Shown piece by piece: positions 55,818 to 64,000 of a stretch of 64,000 nt of DNA. The notes beneath the pieces are model-generated. The model ran no database searches. It was not told the origin of the DNA and worked only from the letters and a program-made list of their open reading frames with translations. The stretch covers positions 1 through 64,000 of the forward strand of contig JANOTL010000073.1 of assembly GCA_031416315.1 (NCBI GenBank), in the 5' to 3' direction. The position numbers and the translations under genes were made by a program. This DNA comes from Pseudomonadota bacterium. GTDB lineage: Bacteria > Bdellovibrionota_B > Oligoflexia > Oligoflexales > CAIYRB01. Each line of letters begins with the position of its first letter. Positions within the stretch are counted from its first letter, which is position 1.

Positions 55818-57323
55818 ATGCAAGTCGCCCTGCTTTTCTCGGTGTTCTTCATCGCCGTCTGCGGGCTCGTCTACGAGCTGGTGTCCAGCGCGCTCGCGAG
55901 CTACTTGCTCGGCGACTCCATCACGCAGTTTTCCACGGTCATCGGCGCCTACCTCTTCGCTATGGGGATCGGCAGCTGGCTCTCGACCTACGTGACCCGG
56001 AACCTCCTGGGCTTTTTCATCCAGGTCGAGATCCTGATCGCGATCGTTGGCGGCACGTCCGCGGCCCTCCTTTTCACCCTGTTCGAGCACGTCAACAGCT
56101 TCCGTTTCTTGCTTTACGGCACGGTCGGCGTGATCGGCATCCTCGTCGGCCTCGAGATCCCGATCGTCATGCGCATCCTAAAGGATCGCTATCCGTTCAA
56201 GGACCTGGTCGCTCGCGTCTTCACCTTCGACTACATCGGCGCGCTGGGCGCCTCGCTCCTCTTTCCCCTCGTGCTCGTGCCGCGCCTCGGGCTCGTGCGC
56301 ACCTCGTTCTTCTTCGGCATCGTCAACGTCTGCGTCGCGCTCTGGACCCTTTTCCTATTCCGCCGCGAGGTGCCGTGGGCGCGCTCGATGCGCGCGGTTG
56401 CGGTCGCCGTGCTCGCGCTCCTCGTCACCGGCTTCGCGCTCTCCGAGCGGATCATGGCGTTCTCCGAGGACTCGGTCTATCCAGACGACGTCGTCTTCTC
56501 GCGCACCTCGCCGTACCAGCGTTTGGTCCTCACGCGCGGCGGCAACGATCTGCGCCTCTTCATCAACGGCAACCTGCAATTCAGCTCGCGCGACGAGTAC
56601 CGCTACCACGAGTCCTTGGTGCACGTCGGCCTCGCGGCGGCGCCGCGGCGGCAGAAGGTCCTGATCCTCGGCGGCGGCGACGGGCTCGCGGCGCGCGAGG
56701 CGCTCAAATATCCCGACGTCGAGTCGATCACGCTCGTCGACCTAGACCCGATGATGACGCGTATCTTCCGCACGCACGCGCCGTTGGTCGAGCTCAACGG
56801 CGACGCGCTCAGGGACGATCGCGTGAAGGTGATCAATGCCGACGCGTTCACCTGGCTGAACGAGACGAAAGGCGCCTACGATTTCGTCATCATCGATTTT
56901 CCCGACCCGTCCTCGTACTCGCTCGGCAAGCTCTACACCACGACCTTCTACCAAAGGCTGAGCGCGCACCTCGCGCCGGACGGCGCCTTCGTCGTGCAAA
57001 GCACCTCGCCGATCGCGGCGCGCCACTCCTTCTGGTGCATCGTCGAGACGATCGAGGCGAGCGGCTTCAAGACGACGCCTTACCACGCCTACGTGCCGTC
57101 GTTCGGGGAGTGGGGCTTCGTGCTCGCCTCGCGGCGGGCGGTCGACGCCACCGTCGGGACGGCGCATTACCCTTCGGGCCTGCGCTTTCTGAAGGCCTCG
57201 GGCCTCGCGGCGCTCCTCGAGTTCCCGCCCGACATGGCGCGCCTCGACACCGAGGTCAACAAGCTCAACAACCAGGCTTTGGTCCGCTACTTCGACGAGG
57301 AATGGTCTGAGTACGTCCGGTGA
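55818..57323 (+). CDS. speE: Membrane-bound polyamine aminopropyltransferase (spermidine synthase-like)
   Basis: N-terminal TM domain (CGLVYEL, GLEIP, DYIG); SPYQ, LQFSS.DEYRYHE, LGGGDG, DFPDP, PSFGEWGF. Confidence 0.9.
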   Translation: MQVALLFSVFFIAVCGLVYELVSSALASYLLGDSITQFSTVIGAYLFAMGIGSWLSTYVTRNLLGFFIQVEILIAIVGGTSAALLFTLFEHVNSFRFLLYGTVGVIGILVGLEIPIVMRILKDRYPFKDLVARVFTFDYIGALGASLLFPLVLVPRLGLVRTSFFFGIVNVCVALWTLFLFRREVPWARSMRAVAVAVLALLVTGFALSERIMAFSEDSVYPDDVVFSRTSPYQRLVLTRGGNDLRLFINGNLQFSSRDEYRYHESLVHVGLAAAPRRQKVLILGGGDGLAAREALKYPDVESITLVDLDPMMTRIFRTHAPLVELNGDALRDDRVKVINADAFTWLNETKGAYDFVIIDFPDPSSYSLGKLYTTTFYQRLSAHLAPDGAFVVQSTSPIAARHSFWCIVETIEASGFKTTPYHAYVPSFGEWGFVLASRRAVDATVGTAHYPSGLRFLKASGLAALLEFPPDMARLDTEVNKLNNQALVRYFDEEWSEYVR

Positions 57324-58995
57324 GGAAAAGCTGAGCCGGCGCGAGCTGGTGTCCTCAGCGGCGCAAGGCGTCGCCATCGGCGGCGTCGTCAGCGCCGCGG
57401 TGGCCCTGGGCTCCGGCATGACGAGCTTGCCCGCGATCTCGCGTCCGCCCGTCGTGCTGCGCGGCGCCGCAGCACACGCCGGTCACATGCTGCGCGACGA
57501 CGCGCGCGCGTTTCCGCCGCCCACGCCCGCGGGTCGCACGCGGGTCGCGATCGTCGGCGGCGGCGTCGCCGGGCTCTCCGCTGCCTGGCGCTGCAAAAAA
57601 CGCGGCGTGAAGGACGTCGTCTTGCTCGAGCTCGACTCCGGTCTCGGTGGCAACGCGCGCAGCGGCGCGAACGCGATCTCCGCCTTTCCGTGGGGCGCAC
57701 ACTACTTGCCGCTTCCGGGGAACGACGCGATCTACGTACGCGAGTTCCTCGAAGACATTGGCGTGATCACCGACGTCGACGACCAAGGGCGGCCTTTTTA
57801 TGAAGAAACCGCGCTCTGCTCGGCGCCGCAGGAACGGCTCCTGATCCACGGAAGGTGGCAAGACGGCATCGTGCCGCGCCTGGGCGAGACGCCCGAGGAT
57901 CAGCGCCAATTCCGCGAGTTCGGCAAGCTGATGGCGCAATACCGCGGCGCCAAAGGCGCGGACGGACGGCCGGCGTTCACGATCCCGGTCGACCTCAGCT
58001 CGAACGACCCAGAGTTTCGCGCCTTGGATCACGTCTCGGTCGCTGTGTGGCTCGACGCGCGGGGGTTTACCTCGCCTTATCTGCGTTGGTACGTCGCCTA
58101 CGCTTGCAAAGACGACTTCGGCACCACGCTGGCCGACACCTCGGCTTGGGCCGGGATTCACTACTTCGCCTCGCGCGGAGGCGACGCCGCCAATGCGGAA
58201 ACGGGCTCGGTCCTGACCTGGCCCGAAGGCAACGGCCACCTCGTGCGCAAGTTGACCGAGCGCGCCGCCGGCTCGACGCGTGTCGGAGTCGTCGTGTACG
58301 ACGTCGAAGAGGACGAGGACGGTAGCGTCCGCATAGACTACCTCGACGTGAAGGAGCATCGTACCTACCGGCTGCTCGCGGATGCCGTCGTCTTCGCCGC
58401 GCCCCGTTACGTCGCCAAGCGCGTCATCGGCGCGTATCGCCGCACCAAGCCGGATTTTTTCGACAAGTTCACGTACGCGCCTTGGGTCGTCGCCAACCTG
58501 AGCCTGAGCGGCCTCGGCCCGAGCCGGCACACGCGTTTCCGCCCGGATTACCGCTTCGCTTGGGACAACGTCTCCTTCACGAGCCCGACGCTCGGCTACA
58601 TCAACGCCACGCACCAGTCGCTCTCGGCGAAAGGCTCGGAGACGGTGCTCACCCACTATCAAGCGTTGGTCGAGGGCGACTCGTTGGCGCTCAGGCGCAA
58701 GGCCTATGAGACGAGCGCGGAAGAATGGCGCGACCAGATCTTGACCGACATGACGCGCATGCATCCCGGGATCGACGAGCACGTCGACGCCGTCGATCTG
58801 TGGGTCTGGGGTCACGGCATGATCCGCCCGACCCCGGGCTTTCTTTCGAGCCCGGCTTTGGCTCAGGCGCGCGCTCCGGTCGGCAAGATCTTCTTCGCGC
58901 ATTCCGACCTGAGCGGCGTCTCGATCTTCGAGGAGGCCCAGTATCGCGGCGTCGTCGCGGCCGATGGCGCGATCGCGACGCTCGGCTCAGTATGA
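57307..58995 (+). CDS. FAD-dependent (amine-oxidase-like) oxidoreductase with Tat-like leader; start uncertain (CTG 57307 or GTG 57349)
   Basis: IVGGGVAGLSAA, GGNARSG, PWGAHYLP, SAWAGIHYF, WGHGMIRP, AHSDLSG.SIFEEA; SRRELV upstream of the GTG. Confidence 0.88.
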   Translation: MSTSGEEKLSRRELVSSAAQGVAIGGVVSAAVALGSGMTSLPAISRPPVVLRGAAAHAGHMLRDDARAFPPPTPAGRTRVAIVGGGVAGLSAAWRCKKRGVKDVVLLELDSGLGGNARSGANAISAFPWGAHYLPLPGNDAIYVREFLEDIGVITDVDDQGRPFYEETALCSAPQERLLIHGRWQDGIVPRLGETPEDQRQFREFGKLMAQYRGAKGADGRPAFTIPVDLSSNDPEFRALDHVSVAVWLDARGFTSPYLRWYVAYACKDDFGTTLADTSAWAGIHYFASRGGDAANAETGSVLTWPEGNGHLVRKLTERAAGSTRVGVVVYDVEEDEDGSVRIDYLDVKEHRTYRLLADAVVFAAPRYVAKRVIGAYRRTKPDFFDKFTYAPWVVANLSLSGLGPSRHTRFRPDYRFAWDNVSFTSPTLGYINATHQSLSAKGSETVLTHYQALVEGDSLALRRKAYETSAEEWRDQILTDMTRMHPGIDEHVDAVDLWVWGHGMIRPTPGFLSSPALAQARAPVGKIFFAHSDLSGVSIFEEAQYRGVVAADGAIATLGSV

Positions 58996-60131
58996 GCGCG
59001 GCCGATCCCCAAGCGTCGCAACCCTGGATTCGCTCGGCGTCGTTCGACGGCATCCTCATCCTGGCGCCGGCGCTGTTCGCCGCGGCGGTGGTTTGGTTGC
59101 TCCGCGATACGGCGTTCGCGACGAGTGAGACGCCGCTCCTCGGCTGGTTCGTTCTCGTCGTCGCGGTGGACGTCGCCCACGTTTACTCGACTCTGTATCG
59201 CACGTACTTCGACGGTGCGGAGTTGCGGCGACGGCCCGTGCTCTATGCCGCGGTGCCGCTGTTCGCCTGGGTCGCGGGCGTCATCTTGTACGGCTTCGGA
59301 GGCGGCGTATTCTGGCGTGTTTTAGCCTACTTGGCGGCCTACCATTTCGTGCGCCAGCAGTACGGCTTTCTGATGCTCTACAAGCGCCGGGAACGCGGCG
59401 AGCGCCGCTGGGAGCGGCGTCTGGACCAGGCGATGATCTACTTGGCGACCATTTACCCGCTGATTTATTGGCACACTCACGAGCGCGTGTTTAGCTGGTT
59501 CATCGACGGCGACTTCGTCAGCGTCGACGCGCCCTACTTGCACGGTTTCGCGCTGACCGTATACCTGACCGTCATCGCCGCATACGTGGCCAAGGAGGTG
59601 GCGCGGTTCGTGCGCGAGAAGCGCGTCAACGTCCCGAAGAATCTCCTCGTCTTCGGCACGGCGGCGTCATGGTACGTCGGCATCGTCGCGCTCGACGGAG
59701 ATCTCGCGTTCACCATGACCAACGTCGTGGCGCACGGCATCCCCTACGTCGCGCTCATCTGGGCCTACGGCAAGAAGCAAGCGCCACGGCGCGAACGATT
59801 GGGCATCGCGCGTCGCACGGGTGCCTTCTGGTTCTCGTGGCGTTGGCTTCCGGCCTTCGTCCTCGTGCTCGTCTTCTTCGCGTACGTGGAAGAGGGGCTC
59901 TGGGACGCGCTCGTTTGGCGCGATCACGAGCTGGGCTTCCCCCTGTTCTCCTGGCTGCCGCAGCTCAGTGACGAGGCTTTGCTGACCCTCGTCGTGCCGC
60001 TGCTAGCCGTACCGCAGGCGACGCATTACGTGCTCGACGGCTACATATGGCGGCTGCGCGCCGTCTCACCCCGCCTGGCGTCCCGCGCCGGGGTCCAGCA
60101 AGCGGTGCACGGCGTGGGCGAAACCCGGTAG
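58992..60131 (+). CDS. Multi-pass membrane protein with four His motifs
   Basis: DVAHVYST, YHFVRQQYG, AHGIPY, THYVLDG; ATGA overlap. Confidence 0.82.
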   Translation: MSAADPQASQPWIRSASFDGILILAPALFAAAVVWLLRDTAFATSETPLLGWFVLVVAVDVAHVYSTLYRTYFDGAELRRRPVLYAAVPLFAWVAGVILYGFGGGVFWRVLAYLAAYHFVRQQYGFLMLYKRRERGERRWERRLDQAMIYLATIYPLIYWHTHERVFSWFIDGDFVSVDAPYLHGFALTVYLTVIAAYVAKEVARFVREKRVNVPKNLLVFGTAASWYVGIVALDGDLAFTMTNVVAHGIPYVALIWAYGKKQAPRRERLGIARRTGAFWFSWRWLPAFVLVLVFFAYVEEGLWDALVWRDHELGFPLFSWLPQLSDEALLTLVVPLLAVPQATHYVLDGYIWRLRAVSPRLASRAGVQQAVHGVGETR

Positions 60132-60467
60132 GAAGTTCTCGTTTTTCGAGGCGAAGCCCGTGGCGCCGCGCGCCAGGCAGCGACCGATGGTCAAAGAATC
60201 GTCCTTCGAGGACATCATCAGCACGGGCGTCTCCGGGCTCGTTTCGTGCAGACACGAGAGGAGGTCGAGCCCGTTCTCGTTGGGATCGGCCAGCTCGAGA
60301 TCGAAGAAGGCCGCATCGTAATGATGCGCGCTCATCAGCTCGTGCGCTTGTTTGGGGCTGGTCGCCAGGTCGACCTTTAGGTCGACGTCGCGTGCGAGCA
60401 GGTTCCGGTAGGCGCACACCAGGAAGAGGTCGTCGTCCGTGATCAAGATGCGTGGGCTGTGGTTCAT
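60066..60467 (-). CDS. Single-domain response regulator
   Basis: ILITDDD, FFD (phospho-Asp), NGLDLL, MMSS, GATGFASK. Confidence 0.88.
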   Translation of the reverse strand: MNHSPRILITDDDLFLVCAYRNLLARDVDLKVDLATSPKQAHELMSAHHYDAAFFDLELADPNENGLDLLSCLHETSPETPVLMMSSKDDSLTIGRCLARGATGFASKNENFLPGFAHAVHRLLDPGAGRQAG

Positions 60468-60632
60468 CGCTTTCTCTCCTTCCTGCCGTTCTTCGAGCAA
60501 GACTCGTTCCACCTTTGGAACGCGCGAAAACCGCGAATTCTGCGGCGATGTGCAACACATTTCAGCGGAAAGTGAGAGAAACGCCGACAAAACGCTACTG
60601 GAACGTTGCACACCGGTACCAGAAGTGTACTA

Positions 60633-62198
60633 ATGCCTCCCATGCTGGCCGTTTCTCATTGGACACACCGTGTCGTCCGCGCAGCGGCGGTGCCGGCGAA
60701 GCGTCGTTTTCGCGCGGCGTTGCGCCATCCCGAAGCGGCGCAGCGCGCGCGCCTCCGCACGCTTCTTCAAGCCGCCGAGCAGAGCCTTTTCGGACGGCGG
60801 CACGGACTTTCCGCCGCTTGGCGCTGGGAGGATCTCGCGCGCTTGCCGACCTTCGACTACGCGGCCTGCGAGCCGTGGATCGAGCGCCAGCGGCGCGGCG
60901 AGCCCGCTTTGACCTCGGCGCCTTGCGCGCGTTTCCAGCCGACGAGCGGCTCGACGAGCGCGCGCAAATGGATCCCTTACGGCCCGGCCCTTCTCGCCGA
61001 GCTCGACGAGGCCGCCTCGGTTTGGATGAGTGATCTCTATGCGGCGCATCCGCGCATCGCTCACGGCCGTCACTATTGGTCGATGTCGTGGATGCCGGAC
61101 GAGCTTCGCCGCGAGCGGGGGGGCGGCACCGCCGACGTCGAGCTGTTTCCGCCTTGGAAACGCGCGCTCTTGGCGCAAACTCAAGTACCGCTCGGCGCCG
61201 TAGAGCGCGCGGCGAGCTCGGAGGCGGCGCAAGTCGAGGCGGCGCACGCGCTCGCCGCCGCAGCCGACTTGAGTCTCATCTCCGTGTGGAGCCCGACCTT
61301 TCTTACCGAGCTCTTACGCGTCATGGCGCGGTATCGGCACCAGATCGCGGCGCGCCTCGGCGGGGAGCGCGGCGCCATGCTCGCAAGCTGGCGCGGTGAG
61401 CCGTGCGCGGATTTCTTCACGGCCTTCTGGCCGAGCCTTGCCCTCGTGAGCGCCTGGGACTCCGCTTCCTCGCGCTCCTGGGCGCGCGATCTCGCCGCGC
61501 TCTTTCCGCACGCCGCATTCCAAGGGAAGGGTCTCTGGGCGACCGAAGGCGTCGTAACGCTGCCGTGGACCGAGGGCGGTCGGGCCTTGGGCGAGGATCC
61601 CGTCCTCGCCGTGACGAGTCACGTGCTCGAGTTCCGGGACCTGCAGACCGAGGCGATCTTGCCGGCATGGCGCTTGCGCCAGGGTCAGGAGGTGCAACCG
61701 ATCCTTTCGACCGGCAGCGGCTTGTGGCGTTACCCGCTCCCAGACCGCTTGCGCGTCACCGGCCTCGCCGCGGCGACGCCCAGGCTCGCGTTCCTCGGCC
61801 GGCTCTCCGGCACGGATCTGGTCGGCGAAAAGCTCGATCCGGCTTTCGTCGCCGACGCCTTCTCCCGGGTCGAGGCGAAGCTCGGCGCCCGCGGCGTCGC
61901 GCTCTTCGCCGTGCGCGGTAAGGCCGCACGCTACGAAGCGCTGGTCGTCGGCGGCCGTGCCTCCGAAGGCCTCGTCGCGGCGAGCTTGGAGCAAGAGCTT
62001 GGGAAAGCCTTCCACTACCGGGTCGCGCGCGAGCTCGGGCAGCTCGCGGAGGTCCTTGTCGTCGCGCGGCCCGACGCGGGCGCCGTCTACGGCGAGTACT
62101 GCCGACGTCGCGGCATCCTCAGCGGCGAAGCCAAGGTCGAGACCTTGAGCGAGTGGCGCTTGCCCGGCACTTCGCTCGCGGATCTTTGCACGCCATGA
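60633..62198 (+). CDS. GH3-family acyl-adenylate/amide ligase
   Basis: QPTSGSTSARKWIPY, LWATEG, GLWRY.L.DRLRV, DLVGEKL, HYRVARELGQL. Confidence 0.85.
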   Translation: MPPMLAVSHWTHRVVRAAAVPAKRRFRAALRHPEAAQRARLRTLLQAAEQSLFGRRHGLSAAWRWEDLARLPTFDYAACEPWIERQRRGEPALTSAPCARFQPTSGSTSARKWIPYGPALLAELDEAASVWMSDLYAAHPRIAHGRHYWSMSWMPDELRRERGGGTADVELFPPWKRALLAQTQVPLGAVERAASSEAAQVEAAHALAAAADLSLISVWSPTFLTELLRVMARYRHQIAARLGGERGAMLASWRGEPCADFFTAFWPSLALVSAWDSASSRSWARDLAALFPHAAFQGKGLWATEGVVTLPWTEGGRALGEDPVLAVTSHVLEFRDLQTEAILPAWRLRQGQEVQPILSTGSGLWRYPLPDRLRVTGLAAATPRLAFLGRLSGTDLVGEKLDPAFVADAFSRVEAKLGARGVALFAVRGKAARYEALVVGGRASEGLVAASLEQELGKAFHYRVARELGQLAEVLVVARPDAGAVYGEYCRRRGILSGEAKVETLSEWRLPGTSLADLCTP

Positions 62199-63259
62199 GC
62201 GAAGAGCCCGGCCTGAGGGAGCGCGACGGCGCGCTCGTCGAGAACTGGTACGTCGCCTGCACGAGCGCCGAGCTGGGCCGAAAGAAGCCGCTAGGACGCA
62301 CGATTTATGAGCGCGACCTCGTGCTGTTCCGAGACCGGGATGGCGCCGCGCGTTGCCTCCCGGATCGGTGTTTACACCGGCACGCACCGCTTTCCGCCGG
62401 CGTCGTCGTCGGCGGGGAGCTTTGCTGCCCGTATCATGGCTGGGTCTACGACGGCGCCGGCAGGGTCGTCGCCGTGCCTTCCGAAGGCGCAAGGCGGCGC
62501 GAGAGCGCCGATTGCCCGCAGCTGCCGGCGATTCCCACGGTCGAGCAGGATGGGCTCGTCTGGATTTACGCGGGCGATGGCGCCCCGACTCATCCGGCGC
62601 CGCCGTTCCGTATGCCGCGGCTCGTGGACGAGGGCTGGGCTCATTACTACATGGTGACCGAATTCGCGAACGAGGTGACTCATCTCGTCGAAAATTTCAT
62701 GGACGTGCCGCACACGGTCTTCGTGCACCGTGGTTGGTTCCGCCGCCGTTGCGGCCGGCCCGTGCCGATCGTCGTCGAAGCCGAGGCCGGCGAAGTGCTC
62801 GTCACGTACCGGCAAGCGAAGGACGAGATCGGTTTTACGGGCCGACTCTTGAACCCGCGCGCCGAGCCCATGACGCACACCGATCGCTTCATCATGCCGA
62901 ACCTGACGCGCGTCGACTACGGCTTCGGTACGCGCCGCTCGTTCATCATCCTGAGCCAGTGTACTCCGGTGCGCGCGTTCGAGACGCGGGTCTATACACT
63001 TATCGCGTACGAGCTCGGCCTGCTGACGCCGTACCTGCGTCGTCTCCTCGGCTTTTACACGCGGCGCGTGATCGAGCAGGACGTCAACGTCATGGCTCTC
63101 CAGGGCCGCAATTTAAGGCGTGATCTTCGCTGGCAATTCCACCACACCGCGGCCGATGCGGTCCATCTGGCCATCGAAGCGCGGCGGGAAGCCGGGGCGC
63201 GTGGCGCGCCGCTTGCAGGCCTTCCCGCGGGACGCAGCGAGGCGGTGATATGGATCTGA
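62195..63259 (+). CDS. Rieske non-heme iron oxygenase alpha subunit (VanA-like)
   Basis: DRCLHRHA..CPYHGW (2Fe-2S); ENFMDVPH..VH and EQD (mononuclear Fe). Confidence 0.92.
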   Translation: MSEEPGLRERDGALVENWYVACTSAELGRKKPLGRTIYERDLVLFRDRDGAARCLPDRCLHRHAPLSAGVVVGGELCCPYHGWVYDGAGRVVAVPSEGARRRESADCPQLPAIPTVEQDGLVWIYAGDGAPTHPAPPFRMPRLVDEGWAHYYMVTEFANEVTHLVENFMDVPHTVFVHRGWFRRRCGRPVPIVVEAEAGEVLVTYRQAKDEIGFTGRLLNPRAEPMTHTDRFIMPNLTRVDYGFGTRRSFIILSQCTPVRAFETRVYTLIAYELGLLTPYLRRLLGFYTRRVIEQDVNVMALQGRNLRRDLRWQFHHTAADAVHLAIEARREAGARGAPLAGLPAGRSEAVIWI

Positions 63260-64000
63260 GGGCGCTCGACACCATCGCGAGTCATTTCCCCGGCGTCCAT
63301 CTCGCTTCGGCGTCGGACAACGAGGAGCTTCTCGCATTCCTGCGCGCGACGCCGATGCGCGCCGGCGGGATGGTCCTCGGCTATCGGCGCGATCCGGATT
63401 TCTTTCGGTTGCTCCGATACCAGGGCGATGAGGCGGCGACTTTTTGCGGCGTGAACGCGGACGGCCGTCTCGACGGCTTGGGGAGCGTCAGCTTCCGCGC
63501 GGGCACGATCGAAGGGCACCGCGTGCGCGTGGCCTACGCGGGCGATCTGCGGGTGCGCTCGAAAAAATGGGCCTTGGCCACGTGGCGACCACTTCTAGTG
63601 GAGCTCGTCTCGACGTTGCCGGAGCGCGTCTTGACGGCTGTGCTCGACGGCAACTCCGCGGCGCAACGCGCGCTCGTCGGCCCGCAACGCAGGCCACGCG
63701 GCTTTCGCTACGCGCCGATCAGCCATTACCGCATCCACTACGTTGCGGCGCGCCTGTTTGCCACGACGGGCAAAGGCATCTCGGTGCGCAGGGCACGAGC
63801 CGAAGACGCAACGCGCCTCCTGCGCTTTTTCGCCGAGGACCAGCGCGACCGGCCCTTCGGCTTCACCGAGGACGAGCTCCCGCGCCGCCTCGCGACCTGG
63901 GACCGCTTCGGCATCGACTCGTTCTGGGTCGCGGAGGGCGCTCAGCGCGAGCTCCTCGGCATGGCCGCACCCTGGCGTCCGGATGCGGCCAAGCAAATGA
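63250..64000 (+). CDS. GNAT-like tandem-domain protein, truncated by the window end (absent from ORF track)
   Basis: Open frame from ATG 63250: PM..GMVLGYRRDPDFF, AYAGDLRV, TAVLDGN.AA, VRRA..ED..RLLRFF. Confidence 0.7.
   Translation, partial: MDLRALDTIASHFPGVHLASASDNEELLAFLRATPMRAGGMVLGYRRDPDFFRLLRYQGDEAATFCGVNADGRLDGLGSVSFRAGTIEGHRVRVAYAGDLRVRSKKWALATWRPLLVELVSTLPERVLTAVLDGNSAAQRALVGPQRRPRGFRYAPISHYRIHYVAARLFATTGKGISVRRARAEDATRLLRFFAEDQRDRPFGFTEDELPRRLATWDRFGIDSFWVAEGAQRELLGMAAPWRPDAAKQM

Noticed and set aside
1..64000. tRNA, rRNA, IS, integrase or prophage
   Set aside because: No cloverleaf, rRNA-like tract, transposase or recombinase motif seen by eye; tRNAscan and Rfam were not run

Overview
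High-GC bacterial chromosomal window of about 56 protein-coding genes. I found no rRNA, tRNA, CRISPR array, transposase or integrase. The gene style (many lipoproteins, DUF6178, STAS/Zn-ribbon, Tad remnants) suggests a Bdellovibrionota/Myxococcota-like organism; this is inference. Layout: (1) 0.2-12.5 kb: O-acyltransferase and surface lipoproteins (diheme cytochrome c, cupredoxin-like, DUF4214-like, FG-GAP propeller). (2) 12.8-25 kb: housekeeping and signalling genes (M16 peptidase, polyprenyl synthase, DUF6178, PAS-GGDEF, STAS, speA, rsmD, coaD). (3) 25-34.7 kb: TPR/beta-barrel protein, partial Tad secretin locus, ABC-2 exporter, LRR lipoprotein. (4) 34.8-40.1 kb: DUF2760 plus two atypical Hsp70s. 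(5) 40.4-46.5 kb: triheme/Ig-like lipoprotein, HigBA-like toxin-antitoxin pair, oxidoreductase and LysR. (6) 46.5-64 kb, the best candidate for an undescribed system: a divergent lipid-tailoring cluster (B12 radical SAM, SnoaL, two desaturases, a compact P450 fused to a membrane domain, GH3 ligase, Rieske oxygenase, GNAT-like protein). One arm is translationally coupled to a DUF4178x3/DUF350/SpeE-like/FAD-oxidoreductase polyamine module. Hypothesis: it makes a tailored acyl-polyamine or acyl-amide lipid. All family assignments come from reading motifs by eye, not from database searches.
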